Assembly: GCA_951406725.2 (NCBI GenBank)
Contig: OX597840.1
Coordinates: 30,442,001 to 30,506,000 of the forward strand
Source of the DNA: Octopus vulgaris
Taxonomy: Eukaryota
DNA length: 64,000 nt
Direction of reading: 5' to 3'
This document shows positions 12,229-26,596 of this stretch, in pieces (the stretch's first letter is position 1; the number at the start of each line of letters is the position of its first letter). The translations under genes were made by a program, and so were the position numbers. The notes under the pieces were generated by a model, which saw nothing but the letters and a program-made list of their open reading frames with translations, was not told where the DNA came from and did not search any database.

Positions 12229-14294
12229 TCCGAAGTCAGACGCCATGATAGATCGTTAGCCACTACACACATTTTTTTTCTCTCCTTGTTTTTTTTTCTG
12301 TGTCCCTTTCTGTAGAAGAGCGTAGGCACGAAACGTAAAAGACTTTTTCTATTCCTGAGCGCTATACTAAAACATCTATTTGTTTTGTACACCACCTGTC
12401 TTTGTCTTTTGTTTTTTTCGCAAACTTTCCCTATATAGGCGCAGGAGTGGCTGTTTGGTAAGTAGCTTGCTAACCAACCACATGGTTCCGGGTTCAGTCC
12501 CACTGCGTGGCATCTTGGGCAAGTGTCTTCTGCTATAGCCCCGGGCCGACCAATGCCTTGTGAGTGGATTTGGTAGACGGAAACTGAAAGAAGCCTGTCG
12601 TATATATGTATATATATATAAGTGTGTGTGAATATGTTTGTGTGTCTGTGTTTGTTCCCCTAGCATTGCTTGACAACTGATGCTGGTGTGTTTACATCCC
12701 CGTCACTTAGCGGTTCGGCAAAAGAGACCGATAGAATAAGTACTGGGCTTACAAAGAATAAGTCCTGGGGTCGAGTTGCTCGACTAAAAGCGGTGCTCCA
12801 GCATGGCCGCAGTCAAATGACTGAAACAAGTAAAAAGAGTAAAGAGTAAAAAGAGTATATATATATATATATATATATCTTTTTGAAAATTACTTAATAG
12901 TTTTTAAGTATAAAATGGATTTTTAAAATTATTTTTTTTTAAATTGTAAAATCTTTTATCAAAATGTTATTGAACTCTTTGGAAGATGTTTTTTTCCCTA
13001 GTGTGAGCATTTTTTATTAATCTCTTCAAACAAAAAGGACGCATATGTGGTTCAAAATTGACAGCAATTGTAGTGATATATGTGTGTTTGTGTGCGTATG
13101 TGTGTGTGTGTGTATATATTTTATTCTTATGAAGTCCATAACACAACCATTGCTTTTCCTGTGTGATCTCTTTTCCTTATAACAACTGAAGGATACGCAT
13201 CTCTTACTCTTTTACTTGTTTCAGTCATTTCACTGTGGTCATGCTGGAGCACCACCTTTAATCGAGCAAATCGACCCTGGGACTTATTCTTTGTAAGCCC
13301 AGTACTTATTCTATCGGTCTCTTTTGCCGAACCGCTAAGTGACGGGGACATAAACACACCAGCATCGGTTGTCAAGCAATGTTTTGGGGACAAACACAGA
13401 CACACAAACACACACGCACACATATATATATACATATATACGACGGGCTTCTTTCAGTTTCTGTCGACCAAGTCCACTCACAAGGCTTTGGTCAGCCCAA
13501 GGTTATAGTAGAAGACACTTGCCCAAGGTGCCATGCAGTGGGACTGAACCCGGAACCATGTGGCTGGTAAGCAAGCTACTTACCACACACACCACATTAT
13601 TAGTCTCGCAATGCCTAAATAAAATATATATATATATTTATGTATGTATATATATTATATATGTTGAACAGTTAATCTCTACACATTTTTTACTCTCTCT
13701 GTTTTCTTTCATTCTCTCTCCATCCATTCTAGAGAAGAGCATCGGCTCAAAACATCAAAGACTTCTCCATCCTTCCCAAGTGTCAAACTAATACACCTGC
13801 TTGTTGTTCCTGCACCTGTCTTCATCTTCTGTTTTCTGTAAATTTGAACTATATATAAGTTTACTGAATTTGTGTGACTGTATATAGAATAATATATCGG
13901 CTGAATAAAGTTAAAACATGGTCTGGTTTTCACGTTTTTATTATGGTATTTTAATATTAGAAAAATATTTAGCAATGTTCATAAAGTAATCACCAGATTT
14001 CAAAATGTGTTTATCTGACAGACGAGTTCTTGACAACTGTAGTACCTCTTAGAACGCTCCAACAAGCTGAATTTTTGGAATACGATTTTGACCAATCTGC
14101 ATGCAGCTTAAACAGCATGGTTTATTGGGTGTACTGATATCCTGTAATTTGTTTATATTCATATGTTAGAGATATTTTTTAATCCACATCATTAACTGGT
14201 TGTTATATTGTTGTCAGAACAGTTATGAACATTCAGAACAGGTTTGAACATTTTAATAAAATCTTTTTCTTTTATCTTTCTTCCAGCCTCCCTT

Positions 14295-14368
<74 letters not shown>

Positions 14369-14621
14369 TGTATACATTGTCCAAATCAATTTCATTTGGA
14401 TTCTGTGCTACTTCAAGTTTCAAAGCCTGAAATGGAGCCACTCCTCAGACCAGTAAAAATCTGTATTTCTGATTTTGACCATCCTAAGAAGAGACTCCAT
14501 TCATGGCTTCAAAACTTGAAGTAGCACAGAATCTGAATTAAACTGTTTCAAACAATACATGTAACTCTCAACAACTGTGTTGAGTGCCCTTTCCTTCACT
14601 AGTCCACTCACTCATGTATCA

Positions 14622-14661
<40 letters not shown>

Positions 14662-14905
14662 ATAAATATTAGGGAATAAATCCAAACTTACAGGGAAAAA
14701 TCAGATTTAGGATTGAATCCAATTTTATAGTAAAATATTATATTAAATTAGAGACAAAACCACTATTAGGCAAATCAAACAATGAAAGACTTAAGCCAAT
14801 ACATATGATTAATTTATATTATTTAAATATGTAACAATTATTAAAAAATATAATTAATATCCACTACGATTTGCCTAATAGTGGTTTTGTCTCTAATTTA
14901 ATATA

Positions 14906-14940
<35 letters not shown>

Positions 14941-15342
14941 AAATTTAAAGGACTGTCCAGTGAGAGTGGACAGCCTATATGCTAAACATAGACGTCAAAT
15001 CGCCATTTAACATGAAGAATGTGTTCTCAAGAAAAATCTCAGCAAAAAAACAAATTGTAAAAATAAGCAAGGCAAATGAAAATATATGAAATAAAAAACG
15101 ATTACATATGTACCATTGGTTTCACTTGTTAATATTTACGTATATGGACACGCAAACATCTGAAAGAACGTCAGCATAGTCTGTCGTTTACAAAACACAA
15201 TTTCCACTTCTATTGGTCAGTCCTTTAAATTTTGTATGTAACACAATATTTTAATCTTCGGATTTTTTTAAAAATATGCTAGGCCACTGGTTTTAATTGA
15301 TTAATATCAATTTCTATTCTACCCTTATTTAATTTTATATAT

Positions 15343-15387
<45 letters not shown>

Positions 15388-15701
15388 TAGGTGAATGAAT
15401 TATCCTAGCATGGAAAATATTGCCCCCTATCTATTTTACTACTCCCTCCTTCTACCCATTTTTGACGTCAATGCTTATAACGGATTTTTTTGATAAAACA
15501 CTCATTATCACTGTGGTCACTATGTAGGAAATCATCAAAATTTTTTGTTCGTCTTGTGGCTGAGAGAGGCTCCTTATCTTTCCTGAGGAGAGGATTGCAT
15601 AATGCACCGTTTATTCCTTCGGAATAAAAGTATGCTGTCTTCGAAACATGTGTCGAGAGTAAAGGAATTTTGTTAACATCTTCATTCGACTCCATTCTTT
15701 C

Positions 15702-15752
<51 letters not shown>

Positions 15753-16087
15753 CATACATATATGTATATATATTTGTTTTTCTTTTCTGTGATTACTTGG
15801 TAAACATTGCCAAATTTTACAATTCTATAAATAATAATAATTATATTTATAAGCTGAAAGCTTATAGTCGATCACTGTGCATTGACTAAGGTAAATAGTC
15901 TCTAAGGCCTTAACAGAAAAAAGTAGGATTTGCTGTACACATGGGACTCATATGGATGAACAGAACTGCAAATTGCCTTTTCAGGGATATATATACGTGA
16001 AATATGTGATACATATTTAAGGTTCTTGTTGCTGTTATTGTCCAATATATTCATTTGTTTTATCCAAGATTCTTTGATTCATTTCAG

Positions 16088-16378
16088 TGTTCTTGCGTGA
16101 ATTTAACAAGGAACCCGAAGACATGACCGTTCAGTTAGGGGACCGTGCCAAACTAGCATGCAGTCCACCCCACAGTGTGCCACCGGCCACAGTCACATGG
16201 TACAAGGACAATAAAAAGATAGACTTCAATTCTGACTTCCTGCCAGAAGACAGTGACTGGGATATGAAATTTGAGAGTGTACGCTACGATGATTCTGGGG
16301 AATATTTCTGTGTCGCCTTCAATAATTACACTTTACCGCAAACACGGACATCTCTGACTGCCATCTTATCAGTTGTGG
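16088..16378 (+). CDS. Internal exon encoding one complete I-set Ig domain of an IgSF adhesion/receptor protein
   Basis: Acceptor tttgattcatttcag ends 16087; donor G|gtaagt at 16379; 291 nt, phase 1-1. Peptide FLREFNKEPEDMTVQLGDRAKLACSPPHSVPPATVTWYKDN...DDSGEYFCVAFN...AILSVV has the Ig C...W...DxGxYxC signature. CxPP..P..V.W resembles Robo Ig2-type domains; orthology not established. Confidence 0.93.
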
Positions 16379-16422
16379 GTAAGTCTCCTGGGTGTTTCTT
16401 GAATTTTTTATTTAGTTTTTAA

Positions 16423-16616
16423 TTTCTCTCTCTCTCTCTCCATTTCCTTCGATTATCTTTCTCTCTCTCTCTCTCTCTCTGTTTCTTTTTCTTTCTTGCT
16501 CTCTCTTTCCCCTTTCTTCTAATTGTCTCTCTCTCTTTCTCCTTCTTTCATTCTACCAGTTTCGTTCTCACTTCCTTTTCCTGCTTTTCTCTCTCTCTTT
16601 CTCTTTCTCTCTCTCA

Positions 16617-16676
<60 letters not shown>

Positions 16677-16718
16677 ATCTCTCTCTTCTCTCTCTCTGTC
16701 TCTTTCTCTCTCTCTCTT

Positions 16719-16767
<49 letters not shown>

Positions 16768-16839
16768 TACTCCTTTCCTGTCCTTTCTCTCTCTTTTCTC
16801 TCTTCAATTCTCAGTTTTACTCTCTTTTTCTTCCACTCA

Positions 16840-16887
<48 letters not shown>
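16423..16887. repeat. (CT)n polypyrimidine microsatellite directly after the first Ig exon
   Basis: Seen directly. Confidence 0.95.
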
Positions 16888-16892
<5 letters not shown>

Positions 16893-17176
16893 TTACCTTT
16901 GTCTCAATCAATTTCGTGAATAATGAATAACTAAAATAATTCTCTCATTATTAAACTCGTATAACAATTAACATGAAATTATGATGAAAGGTTTTAATTT
17001 GGATTAACTTAAAATGAGACATTGAATCATGGAATCAAAAGGGGTTTCAGACCGTTGGTACCAAAAGTGTTAACAGTAGAATCATTAGAGCAGAGGACGA
17101 AATGTATTGTAAGTTCAAACTCAGCCAAAGCATCTTTGCTTTTCATCTTTTTAGATTTGATATATAATACCAGGCC

Positions 17177-17563
17177 GTGGAGGCACAATGGCCCAGTGGT
17201 TAGGGCAGCGGACTCGCGGTCATAGGATCGCGGTTTCGATTCCCAGACCGGGCGTTGTGAGTGTTTATTGAGCGAAAACACCTAAAGCTCCACGAGGCTC
17301 CGGCAGGGGATGGTGGTGATCCCTGCTGTACTCTTTCACCACAACTTTCTCTCACTCTTACTTCCTGTTTCTGTTGTAACTGTATTTTCAAAGGGCCGGC
17401 CTTGTCACTCTCTGTGTCACGCTAAATATCCCCGAGAACTACGTTAAGGGTGCACGTGTCTGTGGAGTGCTCAGCCACTTACACGTTAATTTCACGAGCA
17501 GGCTGTTCCGTTGATTCGGATCAACCGGAACCCTCATCGTCGTAACCGACGGAGTGCTTCCAC
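17177..17563 (+). mobile_element. SINE family C, full length with TSD
   Basis: Same sequence as 3802-4186 on the opposite strand; 11-bp direct repeat aataccaggcc at 17166-17176 and 17564-17574. Confidence 0.88.
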
Positions 17564-18521
17564 AATACCAGGCCAGAGTGCTGGATTAATGGAATTGGTA
17601 GGGCAGTGGATGAGGTGCTCTCCTGCATTAATTCCAACCATTTTGGGTTTGGCATTCTTGGGTTAATTCAAGGATATTTGCCTTATCTAGAAAACAAAAC
17701 AAAAAAACCACACACACAACCAGAACATAATTAAAAATACAAATATAGGGAAGGAAAGGGGAAATATATAAAAGCACCAATCCGTTTGTGGCCGTTTGCC
17801 AGCTCCGTCTGGCACCTGTGTGGGTGGCACGTAAAAAGCACCCACTACACTCACGGAGTGGTTGGCGTTAGGAAGGGCATCCAGCTGTAGAAACACTGCC
17901 AGATCAGACTGGGCCTGATGCGGCCTTCCGGCTTCACAGACCCCAGTTGAACCGTCCAACCCATGCTAGCATGGAAAACGGACGCTAAATGATGATGATG
18001 ATGATGATGATGATGATGTGGTATGTTAATTGTCATTTGAGTCGTTAGCATTTAAAATGGTTACATCCATCCCAAATACAAGATGCATTGCAAAGGGTTT
18101 TTGGCTTTTTCAGGAGGGACATTTATTAATTTCATAGAAGTGCAAAACTCTAATCTTCTTCAAAGTAGGATCTTCTGATTTTAATGCATTTGGTGCAGCA
18201 CTCCAGCCAGTTTGTGAAGAAGGCCCCATGGAGGTTCTCCCAAGTGTCCTGGGCCCTTGTCACAACCTATTTCTTTACTACCTACAAGGGGCTAAACACA
18301 GAGGGGACAAACAAGGACAGAAAAACGGATTAAGTCGATTACATCGACCCCAGTGCTTAACTGGTACTTATTTAATCGACCCCGAAAGGATGAAAGGCAA
18401 ATTCGACCTTGGCAGAATTTGAACTCAGAAATGTAACAGCAGACGAAATACTGCTAAGCATTTTGCCCAGCACGCTAATGTTTCTGCCAGCTCGCTGCCT
18501 TATATTTCTGTTTATATAATC

Positions 18522-18552
<31 letters not shown>

Positions 18553-19479
18553 CTTGCATGTACGTGTGTGTGTTCTTGTGTCTGTGTCTAGCCTTGGTTT
18601 CCTTACATCTCTGTAACTTAGCAGTTCAGCAAAAGACACTAATGGAAGAAGCACTAGACTCTAGATAAACAAGTACTGGTGAGGGAAGGGCTCAATCTCA
18701 TCATCATCATCATTTAACGTCTGCTTTCCATGCTAGCATGGGTTGGACGATTTTGACTGAGGACTGGAGAACCAGACGGCTGCACCAGGCTCCAATCTGA
18801 TCTGGCAGAGCCTCTACAGTTGGATGCCCTTCCTAACGCCAACCACTCTGAAAGTGTAGTGGGTGCTTTTTACATGCCACCAGCATCAGGGCCAGTCAGG
18901 TGGTACTGGCAATGACCTCGCTCGAATCTTTTTACACATGCCACCAGCACAGGTGCCTCTAAGGCGATGCTGGTAACGATCACGCTCGAATGGTGCCCTT
19001 TTACGTGCCACCAGCTCGGAAGCCTGTTAGTTGCTCCGGCAACGATCATGCTCGGATGGTGCTCTTAGCACCCTACTAGCACGAGCATCACTGTTTGATT
19101 AAAACTCTTCAAGGCAGTGCTCCAGCTTGGCCACAGTCCAATGACTGAAATTAGTAGAAGATAAAGGTAAACAATTTTAGATTTTCCATTCTAAAAGTTA
19201 TTGTTATGAATAATCCTTTAACAAGAAGTTCCCGAGAAAATGCATTATAAAGCAGAAAATATTGAAAAACGAAAAAATAGGAAAGGAATGCAATTTGTTT
19301 AAAATGTTTGGGTGTATCAGTTAGTTCTTGCCATTCCCGACCACCACCACTAAAAACTGCAACAGCAGAAGTAATTAAAATCTAATGCTAGCTGGAAAAA
19401 AAGAAATCCCTAGAAAATGGAATTTCTACATAATAATTTACTTATTATTGTAAGCATGTGCATATAGACGTATATAGAC

Positions 19480-19565
<86 letters not shown>

Positions 19566-19591
19566 GTGTATATATATATATGTCTATATAT

Positions 19592-19634
<43 letters not shown>

Positions 19635-19952
19635 GTACATACGCACATACACAAATATATCTGTTCATACGCACATTCTCAAATGTGTGTGTGTGTGTGT
19701 GCAAAGAGCAGATGAATAGACATATATATATAAAATGATATATATATTATTCAGAACAGATTAATATGATATATTAATATATTACATTATTAATATATAT
19801 ATACAATAACAAACATACAAATGAACGCACACAACGTATATATATATATATAATATTTATAGAATATTAATATATCATATATCATTAGTTTAATACAATA
19901 TACATTATATATAAGTAATAACAAATGAATGAACCCACACACATCTGTGTCA

Positions 19953-20032
<80 letters not shown>

Positions 20033-20176
20033 CATTCAATTTTTATTAGCATCTATAGCCTAATAGTAAACACACCACACACACACACATGCACATGTGC
20101 ACACACATATGTATATATACACAAGCAACGAACAAAGGAATAGAGATGTCTTCAACACAGTAATTATATATATATA

Positions 20177-20850
20177 TACATACATACACACATACACACA
20201 CACACACATACATACATACATACATACATACATGCATACATACATACACACATACATGTATACATACATACATACACATACATACATACATATATACACA
20301 TACATACATGCATACATACACACACATGCATGCATACATACATACATACACATACACATACATACATACATACATACATACACACACACATACATACATA
20401 CACACACACATACATACATACACACATACATACATACACACATACATACATACATACATACATACATACATACACACACACATACATACACACACACATA
20501 CATACATACATACATACATACATACACACACATACATACATGCATACATACATACATACCTACATACATACATACACACACATACATACATACATACATA
20601 CATACACACATACATACATACACACACATACATACATGCATACATACATACATACACATACATACACATACATACATACAAACATACACATACATATATA
20701 CATACATACATACACACACACATACATACATACACATACATACACACATACACACATACATACATACATACATACATACACGCACACACACACACATACA
20801 TACATACATACATACGTACATATATATAAATACACACACACACACATACA
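20177..20850. repeat. (CATA/CA)n compound microsatellite
   Basis: Seen directly; explains the HTYI/MYVC ORFs. Confidence 0.95.
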
Positions 20851-20889
20851 AATGACAAAGGGATGATTAGCATATATGTATGTGTGTGC

Positions 20890-20937
<48 letters not shown>

Positions 20938-22199
20938 AGAGAGAGAGAGAGACATATATATATTTTCATACACACACATCCACATAAACAAAGAGAATGT
21001 GAATAGATTAAAGCAGAATTATTATTTCTTCCTCTACGGCATTCTATATTTCCATCATTGGATTTGGTTTATCTCGCAGATACATATTTCTTACTGCAGT
21101 GACATTTATGAAGAGCACTTTCTATTATCGGAATGATATATAAACATCGCAAAAATATTGATAAACAATCTGTTTTTCCTAATTTTTTTTTTTGAGTATA
21201 TAGCGTACCGTCTTTTTTTATTATTTATATTCTGTTTTATTGTGTTTGGTATTCTTTTTAATTCTCTTCAATTCGGTTGAATAAATTTTCACTGCATTAA
21301 ACTATATCATATTTGCAAAAATATTCTGTTTAAATATGGAGTTCTGCTACGGAACTTTTGCCTGAGAGGAAATTCAAGTTTGTGTTCTCATAAATCACTG
21401 TTCGAAACGTAAAGATTAGAGGCCAGCAGATGAAAAGAGACATTGAGATGAAACAAATGAGGTCAGAATAGCCATTTGTAATTTATCTACGAAACATTAT
21501 TCTGTCGAAGTTTTCATTGGAAGAAAATAACAGCAGGTTTTTATCTTTAGACGACTAAGTTATTAGAACTGACTTACAGACCAAGAGAGGCAGGTGGGAA
21601 ACAGGAATGGCTGTGTGGTTAAGGAAAATTGGATCCAAGTTCAGTCCTACAGTATTGCAGATTGGTGAAAGGGTCTTCTTAGTTTTGTTGAGTTTTCATT
21701 AAAAATATCTGTGGTTTTGGAGGTCTTTTGGTGGTGGTGGTGGGGCTATCTTCAGACAAAGAAGCGTTGACTGATTTACAGAGAAAATGAGGGGCAGAAA
21801 TTACTGTGTCGTGAAGAAGTTTGACTCACAATAATTGTGTCATCATCATCGTCATCATCATCATTGTCATCATCATTATCATTATTGACCGTAGACAGCA
21901 CCGCATTGACTGGCCTCCATGCTGGTGGCACGTAACAAACACCATCCGATCATGGCCGTTGCCAGCCTCTCCTGGCCTCCATGCCGGTGGCACATAAAAA
22001 GCACCATTTGAGCGTGGCCGTTGCCTGTACTGCCTGACTGGCCCTCATGCTGGGGGCATGTAAAAGCACTCACTACACTCTCGGAGTGGTTGGCATCTGG
22101 TTTGCCAGTCCTCAGTCAAATCGTCTAACCCATGTTAGCACGGAAAGCGGACGTTAAACGACGACGACGATGATGATGATGATGATAATGATGATGATG

Positions 22200-23920
22200 A
22201 TTTCTGTTGAAATAAACATCCTTGCTTTTGTTTCAATTAATTTTCAAGAAAATGAAGAATTTAATAAAAGGATTTTGTTATAATTAGGCTCATCCCTGGA
22301 ACATAACTTAACATGAAATTTTGATGGTAGGTTCTAGTTTAAGGCACTTTAAAGTAGGAAGTGTGTGTTACAGAGTGACAAATGATCTCGGTAGCATTGG
22401 CATCAGAAGGGTTAAAGTAATCTAAATCAAAACCTTTTACCAAAATTGCATATTTGTTCCAAAACACCTGCTCGAAGAATGACAGAATATTTCTCTCTAA
22501 ATTAATTATTCTTAAAGATTAATTGAAACAAAAGTAATGTTTTTCAAAAGAAACATGGTATCAAAAGGATGAAGCGTTTTGATACGAATGCACCTGAGAC
22601 TATCCCTGGCTCTGCTCTGTGATGCAAACTTTCTGTTCTAATGGAATTTGAATTAAAATCATCCATCAAAATTTCAAGCTGATTTATGCTCCAATCACCA
22701 AATAATTAATAATGACAAATTTATTTTACTAAATTCTTTATTATTTTTCAAAATTAATTAAAAGAAATGTAGTGTATGAGAAATATTGTATTGAAAGGGT
22801 TAACCTTTTTTTTTTTGTACCAAATCACTTAAGACAATCCCTAACTCTATTGTAAAACTTTCTATTTTAAAGGGATTTGAATCCCAAATTTCCATCAAAA
22901 CTCCATGTGAATTTATGTTCCAAAACACCACATTAGCGATAACAAAGTTATTCTTCATAATTTTTATAATTAGTTGCAACAAAGCCAGAATATTTCTATA
23001 CAAATATGGTAACAAATGTGTTAAAGTGATCTATATTTAAAAACTTATACATCAAAATTTCATTTTAATTTATGCTTCAAGCACCAGATTAGTTAATACT
23101 AACAAAGTTATTTTACTAAATTCCTCATTATTTCTAAAATTATTTTAAACAAAGCCAGAATATTTCTATACAAATATGGTAACAAAAGTGTTAAAGTGAT
23201 CTATATTTAAAAACTGATATATCAAAATTTCATTTTAATTTATGCTTCAAGTACCAGATTAGTTAATACTAACAAAGTTATTTTACTAAATTCCTCATTA
23301 TTTCTAAAATTATTTGAAACAAATCCAGTGAATTTCAATAGAAATATGGTAACGGAACAGTTGATGGGATCTGAATTAAAACCTTCTATCCAAATTACAT
23401 GTCAATTTATGTTTCAAACACTACATTATTTCAAACAAAGTTATTTTCCTTAATCTTTCATGTTTTTTCAAATTAAATGTAACAAAACCAGTTCATTTCA
23501 GGTTAATTTACATTTGAAACTCCAGATTAATTAATTAATAACAAAGTTATTTCATTAAATTCTTTATTGTTTCTAAAATTAATTGAAGCAATGGCAGTGT
23601 ATCTCAATAGGAGTATGGTAACAAAAGGGTTAAAGTGATCTCAATGAAAACCATCTATCCAAACTTCATGTGAATTTATGTATGAAACACCAAAACACCA
23701 GATTAAGTATTGATCATAAAGTTCTCTTGTGTCTGGGGAGAGTCAGTTTCTTTTTGTGCCTTATAATGTAACATACTCACTGGTTAAAATTTCCACTTAT
23801 TTTTTTTTCCTAAAATTTTCGTTGCATCTTCCAGCCTTTTCAATAGTCTTGACTCTATCCGATAATAAAGTTATTTTTCTAAATTCTTTATTATTTCTAA
23901 AATTATTTGAAACAAAGGCA
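22200..23920. repeat. Cluster and tandem array of an AT-rich MITE-like unit of about 170 bp with gggTTAA ends (piggyBac-like)
   Basis: Near-identical 170-bp units starting at 22981 and 23151; aagggttaa at about 22407, 22796 and 23625; related inverted copy at about 16890-17075. Confidence 0.6.
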
Positions 23921-24084
23921 GTATAGGCGCAGGAGTGGCTGTGTGGTAAGTAGCTTGTTTACCAACCACATGGTTCCGGGTTCAGTCCCACTGCATGGCA
24001 CCTTGGGCAAGTGTCTTCTACTATAGCCTCGGGCCGACCAAAGCCTTGTGAGTGGATTTGGCAGGCAGAAAAAGAAGCCCATCG

Positions 24085-24131
<47 letters not shown>

Positions 24132-24602
24132 ATGTGTTTGTGTGTCTGTGTTTGTGCCCCCAACATCGCTTGACAACTGATGCTGGTGTGTTTATATCCC
24201 CGTAACTTAGCGGTTCGGCAAAAGAGACCAATAGAATAAGTACTAGGCTTACAAAGAATAAGTACTGGGGTCGATGTGCTCGACTAAAGGCGGTGCTCCA
24301 GCATGGCCGCAGTCAAATGACTGAAACAAATAAAAGAATAAAAGAATAAAAGAATACCAGGATTGGAGATATTTCTATGTAAAGAGTAAATATTATCAGG
24401 AATTATATAAAAAAATTCAATATTTTGTTCCATTGTGGAAGTAGAACCTGTTTATTGCTCATAAATTTTAGCAACATCTTATGTGGACCCTTCCCCCCAC
24501 CCCGAGTCATATAGACCCCAGTTGAGAGCCACTGTACGATTGGCACACGCCCTGAAATTTTTGTGAAAGGAGTAACAAAATTACATCAACTGAAGTATTT
24601 TA

Positions 24603-25691
24603 CCTATCTATCCGCCCAGTCAAAGTCGACTCTCGGTTACTCGTTGGATCAGTGTCCTCCAGTCAGTTCTATCCTGGGCCGCTTCTTTCAGATTAGCTAT
24701 GTCCATTCCGGTATCACTCTTGATGGTGTCAAGCCAGCGGGTTCTTGGTCGGCCTCTTCCTCTCTTGCCACTGACCATTCCGTATATATATATATATCTA
24801 TCCGCCCAGTCAAAGTCGACTCTCGGTTACTCGTTGGATCAGTGTCCTCCAGTCAGTTCTATCCTGGGCCGCTTCTTTCAGATTAGCTATGTCCATTCCG
24901 GTATCACTCTTGATGGTGTCAAGCCAGCGGGTTCTTGGTCGGCCTCTTCCTCTCTTGCCACTGACCATTCCGTATATATATATATATCTATCCGCCCAGT
25001 CAAAGTCGACTCTCGGTTACTCGTTGGATCAGTGTCCTCCAGTCAGTTCTATCCTGGGCCGCTTCTTTCAGATTAGCTATGTCCATTCCGGTATCACTCT
25101 TGATGGTGTCAAGCCAGCGGGTTCTTGGTCGGCCTCTTCCTCTCTTGCCACTGACCATTCCGTATATATATATATATCTATCCGCCCAGTCAAAGTCGAC
25201 TCTCGGTTACTCGTTGGATCAGTGTCCTCCAGTCAGTTCTATCCTGAGCCGCTTCTTTCAGATTAGCTATGTCCATTCCGGTATCACTCTTGATGGTGTC
25301 AAGCCAGCGGGTTCTTGGTCGGCCTCTTCCTCTCTTGCCACTGACCATTCCGTATATATATATATATCTATCCGCCCAGTCAAAGTCGACTCTCGGTTAC
25401 TCGTTGGATCAGTGTCCTCCAGTCAGTTCTATCCTGGGCCGCTTCTTTCAGATTAGCTATGTCCATTCCGGTATCACTCTTGATGGTGTCAAGCCAGCGG
25501 GTTCTTGGTCGGCCTCTTCCTCTCTTGCCACTGACCATTCCGAGCATGATGTCCTTCTCCAGGGATTTTCTCCGCATAATATGACCAAAATATGCCAAGC
25601 TATGCTTGGTGATCCCAACTTCTAGCGACAGTTTTGGCTTGATCTGGTTAAGAACTTCTCCATTGGTGAGCCTCGCTGTCCATGGAATCCA
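24603..25691 (-). mobile_element. 5'-truncated RTE (BovB-like) LINE whose 3' end is present five times in tandem (190-bp period)
   Basis: - strand WIPWTARLTN...YFGHIMRRKSLEKDIMLGMVSGKRGRGRPRTRWLD...QDRTDWR matches the RTE-BovB ORF C-terminus; tccgcccagt recurs at 24611, 24801, 24991, 25181 and 25371. Confidence 0.9.
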
Positions 25692-26596
25692 AAGTATTTT
25701 ATTGATAATTATTTCATTAGGTGTAGGAGTGGCTGTGTGGTAAGTAGCTTGCTTACAAACCACATGGTTCCGGGTTCAGTCCCACTGCGTGGAACCTTGG
25801 GTAAGTGTCTTCTACTATAGCCTTGGGCCAACCAAAGCCTTGTGAGTGGATTATGTGTAGACGGAAACTGAAAGAAGCCCGTCGTATATATATGTATCTA
25901 TATATATATATGTGTGTATGTGCGTGTTTGTCTGTGTTTGATCCCCCAACATCGCATGACAACCGATGCTGGTGTGTTTACGTCCCCGTCACTTAGCGGT
26001 TCGGCAAAAAAGAGACCGATAAAATAAGTACTAGGCTTACAAAGAATTATTCCTGGTGTTGATTTGATCGACTGAAAGGCAGTGCTCCAGCATGGCCACA
26101 GTCACATGACTGAAACAAGTAAAAGAGTAAAAGAGTATTAGATCCGAAATGGTGAAAGGCAAAACTGACTTCCGTGGAATTCAAACTCAGAACGTAAAGT
26201 TGGAAGAAATGCTCCTAAGCATCTTGTCTGGCATGCAACCAATTCTACCCAGCACACCATCGTAGAATTTACCAATATGAAAAGAAACTAATTAGTTTTA
26301 CTAATGTTCAAAGTTTTGGCGATAAAGAATAATCATTAGAGTTCTGAAAAGAAATCTATGGAACTAGATTTATGGTTCCATGTTATTCTCAGAGTTCTCA
26401 ATCTCTCTAAAATGTAGACATCTGTGAATATTGATCGATTTAGACTATTAGAAAATAATTAATTTCGATCGTGTTCAAAGGTTTGATGACAAAATTATAT
26501 ATGTTTGTGATTTATTAACAGTACTAATGAATGTCTCATTAAGGAAATCAATGTACTGCAATGTATTATGTGTTTGATTGCGTTTAATTATTTCAG

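Noticed and set aside
12376-12666. Recurrent [15 protein letters not shown] / EDTCPRCHAVGLNPEP ORFs as a gene family
   Set aside because: These are antisense translations of SINE family A.
17177-17255. tRNA gene
   Set aside because: tRNA-like A/B boxes run straight into a SINE body with a TSD; multi-copy; no proper acceptor stem or terminator.
20046-20991. Long MYVC/HTYI ORFs up to 309 aa
   Set aside because: Translations of (CATA)/(CA) repeats; likewise the 380-aa ORF at 49076-50218.
24603-25542. CRISPR-like or repeated-gene appearance (four near-identical 125-aa ORFs)
   Set aside because: Units are essentially identical over 190 bp with no unique spacers; the sequence is the antisense of an RTE LINE 3' end.
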